Shown: one piece after another, positions 39,075 through 49,588 of the stretch
Position numbering within the stretch: the stretch's first letter is position 1
Layout: every line of letters begins with the position of its first letter
From: Elusimicrobiota bacterium
GTDB lineage: Bacteria > Elusimicrobiota > Elusimicrobia > JACQPE01
NCBI GenBank assembly: GCA_042563375.1
Contig: JBHPMF010000007.1
Span: forward strand, 218 to 64,217
Length of the DNA stretch: 64,000 bases
Reading direction: 5' to 3'
Notes under the pieces: model-generated
The model's input: the letters and a program-made list of their open reading frames with translations, nothing else
Told to the model about the DNA's origin: nothing
Databases searched by the model: none
Position numbers and translations under genes: made by a program

Positions 39075-39551
39075 CTACTTTATAACAAATAGCGGGTCGC
39101 CTTTTTTGACATGTTTGCCGTTTTGGGCTAATATTTGCGATATTACGCATGTTTTGGGAGATTTGATCTCATTCATCACTTTCATGGCCTCAACCAGGCA
39201 AATGACCCGTCCCTGCCTGATAGCTCCCCCATCTTCAACGAACGGCGGAGATGATGGGGAAGGGCACCTGTAAAAAACACCTGAAAGAGGAGCAAAGATC
39301 TTTTCGTTGCTGTCAAACTCCTTTCCGTCTTCCTGATGCTTGCCGCGAGATCCATTACTGCCGACATTTCCAACGCGCTCGATCTTTAAGCTTTCCCCGG
39401 AACTGATCTCGATCTGCGCGCAATACACATTGCCTTCTACCATGCCAGCGTAGAGCTCGTCAACATACTCAAGAAGATCATGCTTAAGCATCTTGCCGCG
39501 CGAACACGTTTTTGCGTTTGTTTTTACTGTATTGCGCTTTATTACCGGCAT
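39075..39551 (-). CDS. accB: Biotin carboxyl carrier protein
   Basis: APLSGVFYR.PSP..PPFV, VEAMKVMNEI; start uncertain (39551 or 39491). Confidence 0.85.
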   Translation of the reverse strand: MPVIKRNTVKTNAKTCSRGKMLKHDLLEYVDELYAGMVEGNVYCAQIEISSGESLKIERVGNVGSNGSRGKHQEDGKEFDSNEKIFAPLSGVFYRCPSPSSPPFVEDGGAIRQGRVICLVEAMKVMNEIKSPKTCVISQILAQNGKHVKKGDPLFVIK

Positions 39552-39724
39552 CTACCCAAAAATCCTCAATTGGCCCATTTTTATCTTCGCAAACCTCAAA
39601 ACTTTGTTATGTACCATAGAAACATAGGCTCGCCCCATCATTTCTCGGCTCGCCTCCAGCGAGCTTTTTCTCTCCGAGAGGTGGTGTGCCGCAGGGGAAT
39701 TTCTCAGGAACTGAGAAATTAGGG

Positions 39725-41968
39725 TTATCTGTGCTGCCGCGGAGGAGGCCTCCTGCCCTGCGGAGGGGGACGCCTGTCTTTATCTCGATAATTCGGCTTA
39801 AGTCCAAAACCGCGGTGTGGTGATGATGAAGATGATGCGGACGAAGTTTCCTTCTCATCCGAAGGATAGAGTACTGCTCTTCTGGAAAGTCTTACTTTCC
39901 CGGAATTGTCCATATCAATGACCTTGACCTCTATCTCTTCACCAACACTCAGAGCTTCGCTCGCGTGGCGCAGACGCTTGTTGCTGATCTCTGATATATG
40001 AAGCAGTCCCTCACGGCCGGGGGCGAGTTCCACGAATACTCCGAAATCCAAGATGGAAACGACCCTGCCCTGATAGATCTTCCCGATCTCAAACTCCATG
40101 GTCAGTGAACCCACGATCCTTTTCGCATGATCAACAGATGTGTCATCCTTTCCGCTGATGAATACTCTGCCGTCATCGTCCACCTCGATCTCTGTTTCAG
40201 TATCTTCCATGATCTTGCGTATATTCTTGCCGCCGGGACCGATCAAAGCTCCGATCTTCTCCGCCGGGATCATGACCATCACGATCTTTGGAGCGTATAT
40301 TGAAAGAGAATTTCGAGGAGCAGATATCGCCTGGATCATCTTATCGAGTATTGTAAGCCTGCCAAGCCTGGCATTCTCCAAAGCTGACTGTATGATCTCC
40401 ACTGTCACGCCGGGAACCTTCACGTCCATCTGAATGGCTGTGACCCCGGAACGAGTCCCGGCTACTTTGAAATCCATGTCTCCAAAATGATCTTCCGCTC
40501 CCATGATATCAGTGAGTATTATGGGGGCGCCGTTGTCGCGCATGATAAGCCCCATTGCAATACCGCCGACATGATCCGACACCGGAACCCCGGCATCATA
40601 AAGAGCCAAAGAACCTCCGCACGTGCTTGCCATGGAAGTCGAACCGTTCGATGACAGGATGTCTGAGACAACGCGGATCGTATACGGGAAAGCCTCTTCC
40701 TTTGGAAGCAGCGGGGCCAAACCTTTCCTTGCCAAGTGCCCGTGGCCTATCTCCCTTCTTCCGGGGCCGCGCTCAGCCCTGGGCTCTCCCACGGAAAATC
40801 CCGGGAAGTTATAATGGAACAAGAAGCGTTCTTTATAGTCGCCTTCCAGCTCTTCCATGCGCTGCATATCCCTGGAAGTACCCAATGTGACTGTTGCCAA
40901 AGCCTGCGTTTGTCCGCGTGTGAATATTGCTGATCCATGGGTGCGCGGCAGCACTCCGATCTCGCAGGTGATATGCCTGATATCATCAGGCTTCCTTCCA
41001 TCAAGACGTATACCGTCTTTCTCAAGACGCTTTCTCGCTTCAGCATCGAATATATCATGAACGATCCCCGACACCTGAGGGAGCGCATCTTTGAACTTTT
41101 CCTTAAGAGCCTCTTTAGCCTGGTCGCCCAAGGCGCGCACTTCCTTATCAAGAAGATCCTTGGGAAGATTTTTGGCTATGATCTCGCGCAGTTTCGCGCC
41201 TGCGAAAGAATCGACTTCAGCCTTCAACTTCTCATCGCATGACAATTTCTCAAAATTGAATTTTGGTTTTCCGATCTTGGAACGCATCTCATTCTGCAGA
41301 TCCGTCAGCTTCCCTATCTCGGTCAATCCAAAATTAACAGCCGCAAGGATGACATCCTCCGATAATATAGTGGCTTTGCCCTCGACCATTACAATAGAGC
41401 CGGATCTGCCTGATATGACGATATCAAGATCACTGCCCTGCAATTCATTGAACGTGGGGTTAACTATAAAATTTGAACCGATCCTGGCTACCCTGACAGC
41501 TCCGACAGGCCCGTCAAACGGGATATCAGAAATGGCAAGCGCGCAGCTTGAGCCTACAATACTCAATACATCAGCGTCATTCTCACCGTCTGAGGAAAGC
41601 ACCATGTTCTGGACCATGACCTCATTGGCAAAACCCTTGGGAAACAGCGGGCGGAGACTCCTGTCAGTCAGCCTGCACGCCAGGATCTCACCCTCCCTTG
41701 GCCGCCCCTCTCTTTTGAAAAATCCGCCCGGGATCTTGCCCATGGCATAAGTCCTTTCCCTGTAGTCAATGGTCAGAGGAAAAAACGATGCACCTTCTTT
41801 TGGCTTGGTAGACGCGACCGCTGCGCTGAGCACGACCGTGCCGCCCATCTTCGTCATAACAGCTCCGTTGGCGAACTGCGCCACGGATCCTGTCTCGAAT
41901 GTCATTGTCTTTCCGCCAAGATCAACGGAAAATTGCATAAATTTTGTTTGTCCCATTTTATTTGTCAC
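39725..41968 (-). CDS. pnp: Polyribonucleotide nucleotidyltransferase
   Basis: FFPLTIDYRE, GKIPGGFFKREG, R.HGSA.FTRGQTQ, RREIGHG, SNGSTSMAS, GDMDFKVAG, KH and S1 domains. Confidence 0.97.
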   Translation of the reverse strand: MTNKMGQTKFMQFSVDLGGKTMTFETGSVAQFANGAVMTKMGGTVVLSAAVASTKPKEGASFFPLTIDYRERTYAMGKIPGGFFKREGRPREGEILACRLTDRSLRPLFPKGFANEVMVQNMVLSSDGENDADVLSIVGSSCALAISDIPFDGPVGAVRVARIGSNFIVNPTFNELQGSDLDIVISGRSGSIVMVEGKATILSEDVILAAVNFGLTEIGKLTDLQNEMRSKIGKPKFNFEKLSCDEKLKAEVDSFAGAKLREIIAKNLPKDLLDKEVRALGDQAKEALKEKFKDALPQVSGIVHDIFDAEARKRLEKDGIRLDGRKPDDIRHITCEIGVLPRTHGSAIFTRGQTQALATVTLGTSRDMQRMEELEGDYKERFLFHYNFPGFSVGEPRAERGPGRREIGHGHLARKGLAPLLPKEEAFPYTIRVVSDILSSNGSTSMASTCGGSLALYDAGVPVSDHVGGIAMGLIMRDNGAPIILTDIMGAEDHFGDMDFKVAGTRSGVTAIQMDVKVPGVTVEIIQSALENARLGRLTILDKMIQAISAPRNSLSIYAPKIVMVMIPAEKIGALIGPGGKNIRKIMEDTETEIEVDDDGRVFISGKDDTSVDHAKRIVGSLTMEFEIGKIYQGRVVSILDFGVFVELAPGREGLLHISEISNKRLRHASEALSVGEEIEVKVIDMDNSGKVRLSRRAVLYPSDEKETSSASSSSSPHRGFGLKPNYRDKDRRPPPQGRRPPPRQHR

Positions 41969-42104
41969 CTCATGTTTTAGCAGTTAAATACCGACGAATG
42001 AGTATATAGAAGTTTTGAATTTGATTGCTTGACTCGGCACTCAACACTCAGTACTATTGTTTTTTTCAGAGGAATAGTTTGCTTAAGATAGTGTTTGCGT
42101 TGCG

Positions 42105-42368
42105 CTATTTCAGATCAAAATCGCAAGCAATCTTTTCATACGCAGGAGAATCCGTTCTTTTTATGTATTTAAGCAATGCCCTTCTTCTGCCTACTAGCTT
42201 GAGCAGGCCACGACGGGAAGAATGGTCCCTTTTAAACCCTTTTAAATGTTCGTTCAGCATCTCTATGCGCCTTGTCAAAAGCGCGATCTGGACAGCAGCT
42301 GAACCTGTGTTTGTGGGTTCGGGCGAATATCTCCGAACGATTTCTGATTTCATTTTTTTATCTAACAT
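42105..42368 (-). CDS. rpsO: 30S ribosomal protein S15
   Basis: NTGS..VQIALLT.RI..LNEHL....DHSSRRGLLKLVG.RR.LL.Y. Confidence 0.96.
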   Translation of the reverse strand: MLDKKMKSEIVRRYSPEPTNTGSAAVQIALLTRRIEMLNEHLKGFKRDHSSRRGLLKLVGRRRALLKYIKRTDSPAYEKIACDFDLK

Positions 42369-43644
42369 TTCCTCTCTCTCTTACTTTCATTATATCTTTT
42401 AATATCTGGTTTCGCAGCTCATTAAAATTCTTAAAGCGCTTTTCTTCGCGGATCTTCTCGGTCAGCTCAATAGCCAGATGCCGGCCATAAAGGTCCCCGT
42501 GGAAGTCGAGGATGTGGGCCTCCACCGTAACAGAATGATGATGCGATGAAGATGGAGAAGCGAACCCCTCTTTTCTCATCATCTCATCATCTCCTGATCT
42601 CCTCATCATATTCTTCAGTGTTGGCTTCGTCCCTATATTAACCACAGCTTCCTTGTTTAAACCGGGTATCCACGCCTTAAAAACGCCTAAAGGGAGCATC
42701 TTGTTTGCGGGTACCTCTATATTGGCGGTTGGAGCGCCGAGGAATTTTCCTGCCAGCTTGTTGCCGAATACCACTTTTCCTGAAATGGGGTAATAATGGC
42801 CAAGCAGATCAAGAGATTCCTTAAAATCCCCGTCAGTCACATAGCCCCTGATACGGCTTGAAGAAATAGGCGAACCATTGCGCTTCATGCCGACTTTGAT
42901 AATTTCCAGATCTCTATTGCATGCGCTGTCTTTGACACGATAACATTTCACGCCATTGTCCTCACTATGGCTTGCCGGATTCCTTGCCTCGTTCTCACTG
43001 GTAAGGTACTTAACCGAGAACTCCCGGTTCTTTCCCATTGAAAAATTATCACCGCACACAAGAACACGGGCATTCCATTTGCCAATCACATAATCATTGA
43101 TGAAGTCCAGGGCAGAGGTGCTGAAGAAATCCGCATCAGTCGGCAGGACAGCGACCCTGTCTATGCCGAATTCCTTTGACAGCAGCTGCCTGCGCTCATC
43201 AATGGTAGTCAATACCCGTGCTCCTGTGCCTGCCTTGTGGCAGGTGTGCCTGCCTTCGGCAGGTGTGCCTATGTGCTGCTGTGCTGCTGTGCTGCTGTTA
43301 ATAGAGGAATTTCCTTTATTAACCGGAGCACGGGAGCACGGGAGCACGGGAGCACAATTCTCATTCACTGGAGCACAATTCAGATACGCTCTTGGAGGAG
43401 CCGGGAACATGGCAACCATGGGCTCGAGATCATATTGCGCTGACACCCCGGAAAGAACATCGAGAACCTTGGCATGCCCCTTATGTATGCCGTCAAATGT
43501 GCCGATCGCGACGACACGACCGGAAGAATGATGAGGCGATGATGTGATGACGGGATGAGGCGAAGAAGACGCAGGAGAAATTGAATCCTCCTTTCTCGTT
43601 ATCTCATCATCTCCTGATCTTCTTGTAATATCCATATTTCTCAT
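42358..43644 (-). CDS. ribF: Bifunctional riboflavin kinase/FAD synthetase with several in-frame palindromic insertions
   Basis: AIGTFDGIHKGH, CGDNF, ISSS.IR, GAPTAN, NIG.KPT, EAHILDF.GDLYG, IR.EK.F; 428 aa versus roughly 310 usual. Confidence 0.92.
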   Translation of the reverse strand: MRNMDITRRSGDDEITRKEDSISPASSSPHPVITSSPHHSSGRVVAIGTFDGIHKGHAKVLDVLSGVSAQYDLEPMVAMFPAPPRAYLNCAPVNENCAPVLPCSRAPVNKGNSSINSSTAAQQHIGTPAEGRHTCHKAGTGARVLTTIDERRQLLSKEFGIDRVAVLPTDADFFSTSALDFINDYVIGKWNARVLVCGDNFSMGKNREFSVKYLTSENEARNPASHSEDNGVKCYRVKDSACNRDLEIIKVGMKRNGSPISSSRIRGYVTDGDFKESLDLLGHYYPISGKVVFGNKLAGKFLGAPTANIEVPANKMLPLGVFKAWIPGLNKEAVVNIGTKPTLKNMMRRSGDDEMMRKEGFASPSSSHHHSVTVEAHILDFHGDLYGRHLAIELTEKIREEKRFKNFNELRNQILKDIMKVRERGNVR

Positions 43645-43646
43645 TA

Positions 43647-44477
43647 TTAACCGGCTATATCTATTAAACTTCGCTCTAAATCTTCTACAGAATTAAGGTC
43701 AGTAAGCGAGGCACTGTCCCCTATATTATACCTTCCTACAGCCTCTCTTGTCAGGTCCTCAAGGTAGCCGATCGTACCCAAACTAAGCGCGAAATCACGC
43801 GCTAAGCTCCTCAGATATGCGCCCTTGCCCACAAGAGCCTCAAAATAAACCCTGGGATGCTTATAATCCAATATCCCGAACTCATAAATATTGACTTTTC
43901 TGGGAGGAATCTCAGGAGTTTCCCCGTTGCGAGCCAGTTTATAAAGCCTCTTTCCCTTGTAATGCAGGGCGCAATATAAAGGGGGCACCTGATCGATCTC
44001 ACCCAAGAACTGTTGCGCTTTTTCTTTAAGTTGCTTTAAGGTAAATGCAACGGCACAATGATGATGCGATGAAGATGGAGAAGCGAAACCCTCTTTTCTC
44101 ATCATCTCATCATCTCCTGATCTCGTTATTATTCTTCCTGTTGGATCCAGAGTATCGGTCGTCTCGCCCAGAAAGATCGTTCCTTTATATCGCTTTTTTG
44201 TATCAGTAAAATCAGAAAATCTTTTTGTGACTTTTCTTCCCAGCATAATAAGCAGAACCCCGTTCGCGAAGGGGTCAAGCGTGCCGGCGTGGCCCACCTT
44301 CGGGCAATGATGATGGGATGATGCGATGACGGGATGATGCGATAAAGAGGAATCCTCTGGGGCTCTCTTTCTCATCATGCCATCATCGCATGACACCCTC
44401 ATCACTCTCTTGATGTGGCGTATCACATCATATGAAGATATGCCCTTGGGCTTATTTACGTTTAGAATTCCTTCCAT
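43647..44477 (-). CDS. truB: tRNA pseudouridine(55) synthase with two in-frame palindromic insertions
   Basis: GILNVNKPKG.SS.DV, KVGHAGTLDPFA.GVL, TDTLD..G, QVPP.Y.A....G.RLY.LAR, KG.YLRSLARD. Confidence 0.93.
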   Translation of the reverse strand: MEGILNVNKPKGISSYDVIRHIKRVMRVSCDDGMMRKRAPEDSSLSHHPVIASSHHHCPKVGHAGTLDPFANGVLLIMLGRKVTKRFSDFTDTKKRYKGTIFLGETTDTLDPTGRIITRSGDDEMMRKEGFASPSSSHHHCAVAFTLKQLKEKAQQFLGEIDQVPPLYCALHYKGKRLYKLARNGETPEIPPRKVNIYEFGILDYKHPRVYFEALVGKGAYLRSLARDFALSLGTIGYLEDLTREAVGRYNIGDSASLTDLNSVEDLERSLIDIAG

Positions 44478-45459
44478 GTTCAATGCTTTTTTTAAATTGT
44501 TTGACAATCATCCGCTCAATACTGTCCATAGAAGTGTTTTTGATCTCAAAGCCCGCGGCGTTTCTGTGGCCGCCGCCATTAAACGCCCTTGCCACCTCAG
44601 ATACGTCAATGCGGCCTTTTGACCTCATCGATACTGATGTGATGCCCTTTCCCCTGAAAGGCTCCTGTTTGAACATAAAAGTGGCTTCCACGCTCTCCGG
44701 AGATAATCCGTAATTCACTATATCATCCGTATCAGCGGGCTCAGGCGCATGGCGCAGGAAGTCCCGTTTTGAAAGCCGCATGCAGGATAATTTCCCGGAT
44801 ACATGGAACTTTATCCCATTAAGAGCCTTGGCCAGGAGTTTCAGATGGCCGATATTCTTTGAGGCGAACATCCTGTTGTAAATCTCCGTATGCTTCACCC
44901 CGGCCTCAAGAAACCCGGCTGCGATCCTGTGGGTAGCCGCAGAAGTAAGCGCATATTGGAAGCACCCGGTATCCGACACCATGCCGGCATAAAGCCATGT
45001 TGACTCCTTGACCGACGGCTTGATCCTCAGATGCTCATAGAGCCTGTATATCTGCTCTGCGTTTGAAGATGCCTTGGGATCGATCCAGTTCACATCAGCA
45101 AAACACCTGCTTGTCTTATGGTGATCGATATTAACGGTTGTCCTGAAATGATTCTCGTATCCGATATTCCCGGCCCTGCGCTTATTGGAGCATTCCAGAA
45201 ATATCGCGCATTCTAAGCCTTGGCAGTCTTGAACAACAGCCGGTGCGATGATTTTTTCTTTGCCAACCATAAATCTGATATGCGGCGGAACAACCGTGGT
45301 GCTGGCAACAATGATTTTTCTTCCCGGACCAAGCCGCCTGATAAGGCTGGCCATGGCAAAGGAGGATGCAAGGGAGTCAGCATCAGGCTTGATATGCCCC
45401 ATGATGGCAAAACTCTTACAAACCTTCAGTATCTTGCAGATACGTTTAATGGGGTCCAT
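44452..45459 (-). CDS. nrnA: DHH-family phosphoesterase (NrnA-like)
   Basis: H..PDADS, NIDHH, SDTG.F, S.RS, FNGGGH.NAAG. Confidence 0.9.
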   Translation of the reverse strand: MDPIKRICKILKVCKSFAIMGHIKPDADSLASSFAMASLIRRLGPGRKIIVASTTVVPPHIRFMVGKEKIIAPAVVQDCQGLECAIFLECSNKRRAGNIGYENHFRTTVNIDHHKTSRCFADVNWIDPKASSNAEQIYRLYEHLRIKPSVKESTWLYAGMVSDTGCFQYALTSAATHRIAAGFLEAGVKHTEIYNRMFASKNIGHLKLLAKALNGIKFHVSGKLSCMRLSKRDFLRHAPEPADTDDIVNYGLSPESVEATFMFKQEPFRGKGITSVSMRSKGRIDVSEVARAFNGGGHRNAAGFEIKNTSMDSIERMIVKQFKKSIEHGRNSKRK

Positions 45460-45526
45460 TTATATCCGGTCAACACAAGGGAGGCGAGAATTCTTTATCA
45501 TTCGTGTTTAATTCGCGTTCTCAACA

Positions 45527-45922
45527 TCAGAAATTATCTTTTTTCAGGTTCTCGATTATCGTATATACCCTTTCGGCTGATTGCGGATTTTGATCGTATT
45601 TGAATCTTAGTTTCGGTAAACGCTTCATGGTAATGCGCTTGCTTAAATAACGGCTGATATCGGGATATATCTGCTTGAGGGTCAGGTTGAGTCTTTCTAC
45701 TATATCTTTCGAATAATCCTCGTCAGCCATAGCGTTCCGGCCTTCTTTAAACAGAGAATAATAGACATCAGCGAACTCCAGGCTTTTAACAACAACAACC
45801 TTTGTTATGGTCATTACATGGCCGTCTGCCGCATGAAGTATCGTATCCTGGTATTTTTCCAAAATGATCGCTATTTCAGTCGTAAAAAGGCTTGAGAGTC
45901 TTTCTTGTCGATTCGGAATCAT
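45527..45922 (-). CDS. rbfA: Ribosome-binding factor A
   Basis: R.ERL, TIT.V, A.VY.S, KR.PKL.F.YD; position after infB. Confidence 0.85.
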   Translation of the reverse strand: MIPNRQERLSSLFTTEIAIILEKYQDTILHAADGHVMTITKVVVVKSLEFADVYYSLFKEGRNAMADEDYSKDIVERLNLTLKQIYPDISRYLSKRITMKRLPKLRFKYDQNPQSAERVYTIIENLKKDNF

Positions 45923-46075
45923 GATCTTAAAAAATGCTAAAGATAGAGAAAACACAGGGCTAAATTATGAATGCTAAAAACAACAGAAGATTTCTTCATT
46001 CTACGCTTTTCTTGTTTTCGTTCTTTCATTCAGCATTTAGCCCTTGATTTTTTTATTTAGCGTTATTTGCTATGC

Positions 46076-48355
46076 TCAGGTTTTGCTCAGCCTCTTGAGC
46101 TCCTTGACTTGCGTGAAATAGACGATAAGGTCGCCTTTGCGCACATTATTGAAACCATTCACATTCAATCCGCATTCAAAACCCGCTGTCACTTCGTTAA
46201 CATCATCTTTGAATCGCTTCAGGGTTGAAACCTTGCCTTCAAAGATATCCTTGCCGTCTCTTCGAACTTTAACGACCCCGCCCTTCACGATCTTGCCGTC
46301 TTTGACAAGACACCCGGCAACAGAACCGATACCCTTTATTGTAAACGCCTGCTTCACTTCAGCAGAACCCAACACGTTTTCGCGGATGATAGGCGCAAGC
46401 ATCCCTTCCAGGGCTGAACGGATGTTGTCGATCATCTCATATATCACCTTGTACAGCGTGATCTCAACATCCTGCCTTTTGGCTTCTTCCTCGGCCCTGG
46501 GGTCAGTTTCAACATGAAAGCCCAGGATAATGGCGTCACTGGCTGCGGCAAGCAGAACATCCGAAGGAGTTATTGTGCCAAGATTGCTGTGCAAGACCTT
46601 GATCACGACTTCCTTATGATGCAATGCTGAGAGCTCGCTTACTATAGCTTCGAGCGACCCGCTTGTGTCAGCGCGTATGATCATGCGAAGCTCTTTGACC
46701 TCTCCTGATTCTATCTTGGAATGCAGGTCCTCAAGGGTCAAATGTTTGCTTCTCATTTTTCCATGGATAACCTCAGCTTCAAGCTTTCGCCTTGAAGAAA
46801 GCTCTCTGGCCTGCCTTTCGTCGTTTACAGCTATAAATTTATCCCCGGCTTCACAAAGCGCGTCAAAACCCAGCACCTGGGCGGCATGCGAAGGTCCGAT
46901 ACTGATCTGCCTTGTTCCATGCTCATCGATCAGGGCTCGCACTTTCCCTGATGCCAGACCGCAAATAAACGCGTCTCCAACTTTTAAGGTACCTTCCTGT
47001 ACAAGAACCGTGACCACATTGCCCTTTCTCGGATCTTTTTTCGCTTCTACCACAAAGCCGACTGCTTTTCTCTTTGGGTTGGCTTTTAGCTCCAGCATCT
47101 CGGTCTCAAGAAATATGATCTCAAAAAGTTTATCCAGATTCAGCCGCCTCTTTGCTGAAACTTCCACTATGCTGGTTTTTCCCCCCCAATCCTCTGATAC
47201 CAGATTATATTTGGAAAGCTCTCGTCTTATTTTGCTCACATCAGCAGTAGGCAGATCAACCTTGTTTATCGCCACAATGATCGGCACGCCCGCTGCCTTG
47301 GCATGATCGATAGCCTCAACAGTCTGCGGCATAACAGCGCTGTCCGCTGCCACAACAAGCACAACAATGTCTGTTACCTTGGCGCCGCGCGCGCGCATGG
47401 CTGAGAACGCTTCATGGCCCGGAGTATCAAGGAAAGTGATCGAGCCCTCAGGTCTTATGACCCTGTAAGCGCCTATATGCTGGGTTATCCCCCCGACTTC
47501 CGACTCAGCGACCCGTGTTTTACGGATCACATCAAGCAATGTCGTCTTACCATGATCAACATGCCCCATAACAGTGACAATGGGAGCCCTGCGCTCAAGC
47601 GCTGAAGCGTTTTCATCTTCAGACTGAGCTGAAATAAGCTTATCCTCATCAAAGCCCCGCGACACGCTTACCACGAATCCATATTCAGAGGCAACAACAC
47701 CTGCCACGTCCGCATCAAGCCTCTGGTTGATGGTAGCCCATACTCCAAGACCCATAAGCTTCTTTATAAGCTCGGGAATACCAATACCGAGCATCTGCGA
47801 GAATTCCTTCACTGTCAGATGCGGTGTGATCGAGAGCTTCTTTTTCGGGGGCGGAGGAGGCTTTACAGGTTCAGGCTTGCTCGGCGGCCTGGGAGCTTGC
47901 GGCTTATAAGACTCTTTGGGCGCAGGCTCAACAACAGGCGGTTTTACCTCTTTCTCTACGGGCAATTCAGGCGCAGACTTGGCCTGCAATGAAGCCCTCT
48001 CGATCATCTTGGGAAGTTCTGCCTTTTGCAGGATCCCCCTGAGTCTTGCGGCTTGCTCTGCTTGTGCAGCATCAAGACCGGCTTTTTCAGATCCTTTTTC
48101 CTTGGAAATCTCTTTTTGGACTCTTGGCTTGCGCCCAACGCGTTTTTTGGCCGGCTCCTTCATAATAGCAGCTTTTGCCGGTTTCTCGGCTTTTTCTTTT
48201 GGCTTAGGCTTAACGGATGCAGTCTTCTTCGGCGCTCGCGGCTTCTTCGGCTTTTCCGTCTTCTTTACGATTGAAGCTTTTCCATCAACCCTCTGCCTAT
48301 CTTCGCCTGATTCAGATTTATTTTTAAGTGTTTTCTTTTTTTTCTTTATTTCCAT
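46076..48355 (-). CDS. infB: Translation initiation factor IF-2
   Basis: [61 protein letters not shown]. Confidence 0.97.
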   Translation of the reverse strand: MEIKKKKKTLKNKSESGEDRQRVDGKASIVKKTEKPKKPRAPKKTASVKPKPKEKAEKPAKAAIMKEPAKKRVGRKPRVQKEISKEKGSEKAGLDAAQAEQAARLRGILQKAELPKMIERASLQAKSAPELPVEKEVKPPVVEPAPKESYKPQAPRPPSKPEPVKPPPPPKKKLSITPHLTVKEFSQMLGIGIPELIKKLMGLGVWATINQRLDADVAGVVASEYGFVVSVSRGFDEDKLISAQSEDENASALERRAPIVTVMGHVDHGKTTLLDVIRKTRVAESEVGGITQHIGAYRVIRPEGSITFLDTPGHEAFSAMRARGAKVTDIVVLVVAADSAVMPQTVEAIDHAKAAGVPIIVAINKVDLPTADVSKIRRELSKYNLVSEDWGGKTSIVEVSAKRRLNLDKLFEIIFLETEMLELKANPKRKAVGFVVEAKKDPRKGNVVTVLVQEGTLKVGDAFICGLASGKVRALIDEHGTRQISIGPSHAAQVLGFDALCEAGDKFIAVNDERQARELSSRRKLEAEVIHGKMRSKHLTLEDLHSKIESGEVKELRMIIRADTSGSLEAIVSELSALHHKEVVIKVLHSNLGTITPSDVLLAAASDAIILGFHVETDPRAEEEAKRQDVEITLYKVIYEMIDNIRSALEGMLAPIIRENVLGSAEVKQAFTIKGIGSVAGCLVKDGKIVKGGVVKVRRDGKDIFEGKVSTLKRFKDDVNEVTAGFECGLNVNGFNNVRKGDLIVYFTQVKELKRLSKT

Positions 48356-48375
48356 ATTAAATTTTCAACTTCCTA

Positions 48376-49458
48376 TTATTCTTTTGTTTCTTGCTCCGGA
48401 ACTTTCGCCGGCGCAACAGCCTTGATCGATTCAACTGTCAGGTTCCAGCCGGTGAGCTCCGTAGCCAGGCGCATATTGACCCCTTCTCTGCCTATAGCCT
48501 GCGCTACCTGATCCTCAGCGGCAAAAACAATGGCTGTATTCTTTGACGTATCCTCGATCTCAACCCTGTCAATCTGCGCCGGAGCAAGACTTGCGCGAAT
48601 TAAATCCTCTACCTTCTCGCTGTGTGATATCAAATCTATCTTCTCTCCGCGCAATTCACTTATCACGGGACGGATCCTTGTCCCCTTTATGCCTACACAA
48701 GCTCCGACAGGGTCCACTTTTGGATTCGCGGTTTTAACAAGAACCTTGGTCCTGAAACCAGCCTCCCTGACGACCTTCACGATCTCAATGGTACTATCAT
48801 GCACTTCAGGAACCTCAAGATTGAGAAGTCCCTTGACGAACTCGGGGACCGCCCTTGATAGATACACTTGAGGCCCTTTCTGCACGGATTCAACAGCCCT
48901 TACAAGAGCCTTAATGACCTCCCCTATCGAGAATCTCTCTCCGGGTATCTGTTCTTCTTTTCTGAGAACCGCTTCGATCTTGCCAAGGCTTACATATACG
49001 GATTTATCCGGGCCAAAACGGTAAACAGATCCTGTTACGATCAGATTCTCTTTTTTCTTGAAATCCTTGAATAAACTTTCCTTTTCAACTTCCCTGAGCT
49101 TTTGAAGGATCACCTGCTTGGCTGTTTGCGCGGCTATTCGGGAAAAATCAGCGGTATCCATGGCTACGGGCACTTCATCAGAGAGCTTACTCTCGGGTGA
49201 TATTTTTTGAGCTTCAGATAAAGCTATATCAGTATATGGGTCTGTAACGCCCTCAACGACCTTTTTGATTATAAAAGCGCGCGCTTGCCCGGTATTAGCG
49301 TCCATCTCTGTTTTTACAGGAACTTCTCTGCCGATATGCTTGAAAATAGCAGACGCCACAGCGCTCTCGATGAGACGCAGGATCTCCTGACGGGGAATGC
49401 CCTTATCACGCTCGATCGTCTCAAGAAGAAGCACGAATTCTGTCTTACCGGAACTCAT
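48376..49458 (-). CDS. nusA: Transcription termination factor NusA
   Basis: F.RIAAQTAKQVI.QK, LSR, EVPE, REAG.RTK, DPVGAC.G..G.RI, EL.GEKID, AIG.EG.N.RLA..LTGW. Confidence 0.96.
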   Translation of the reverse strand: MSSGKTEFVLLLETIERDKGIPRQEILRLIESAVASAIFKHIGREVPVKTEMDANTGQARAFIIKKVVEGVTDPYTDIALSEAQKISPESKLSDEVPVAMDTADFSRIAAQTAKQVILQKLREVEKESLFKDFKKKENLIVTGSVYRFGPDKSVYVSLGKIEAVLRKEEQIPGERFSIGEVIKALVRAVESVQKGPQVYLSRAVPEFVKGLLNLEVPEVHDSTIEIVKVVREAGFRTKVLVKTANPKVDPVGACVGIKGTRIRPVISELRGEKIDLISHSEKVEDLIRASLAPAQIDRVEIEDTSKNTAIVFAAEDQVAQAIGREGVNMRLATELTGWNLTVESIKAVAPAKVPEQETKE

Positions 49459-49588
49459 ACGGATTCCTCGCGAATAAGACGCGAATTATAAAGACACGCC
49501 ACAAAACCAAGAGCCCCCCCACCCAATCTCCCCCACCAAGGGGGAGGAGAAAAAAGGAGATTCCCATTCGCGTTCATTCGTGTAGTCT

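Noticed and set aside
42358-44477. ribF/truB as pseudogenes, or the inserts as inteins/introns
   Set aside because: Frames are intact with all catalytic motifs. The inserts are too short and lack intein (C...HN) or group I/II features.
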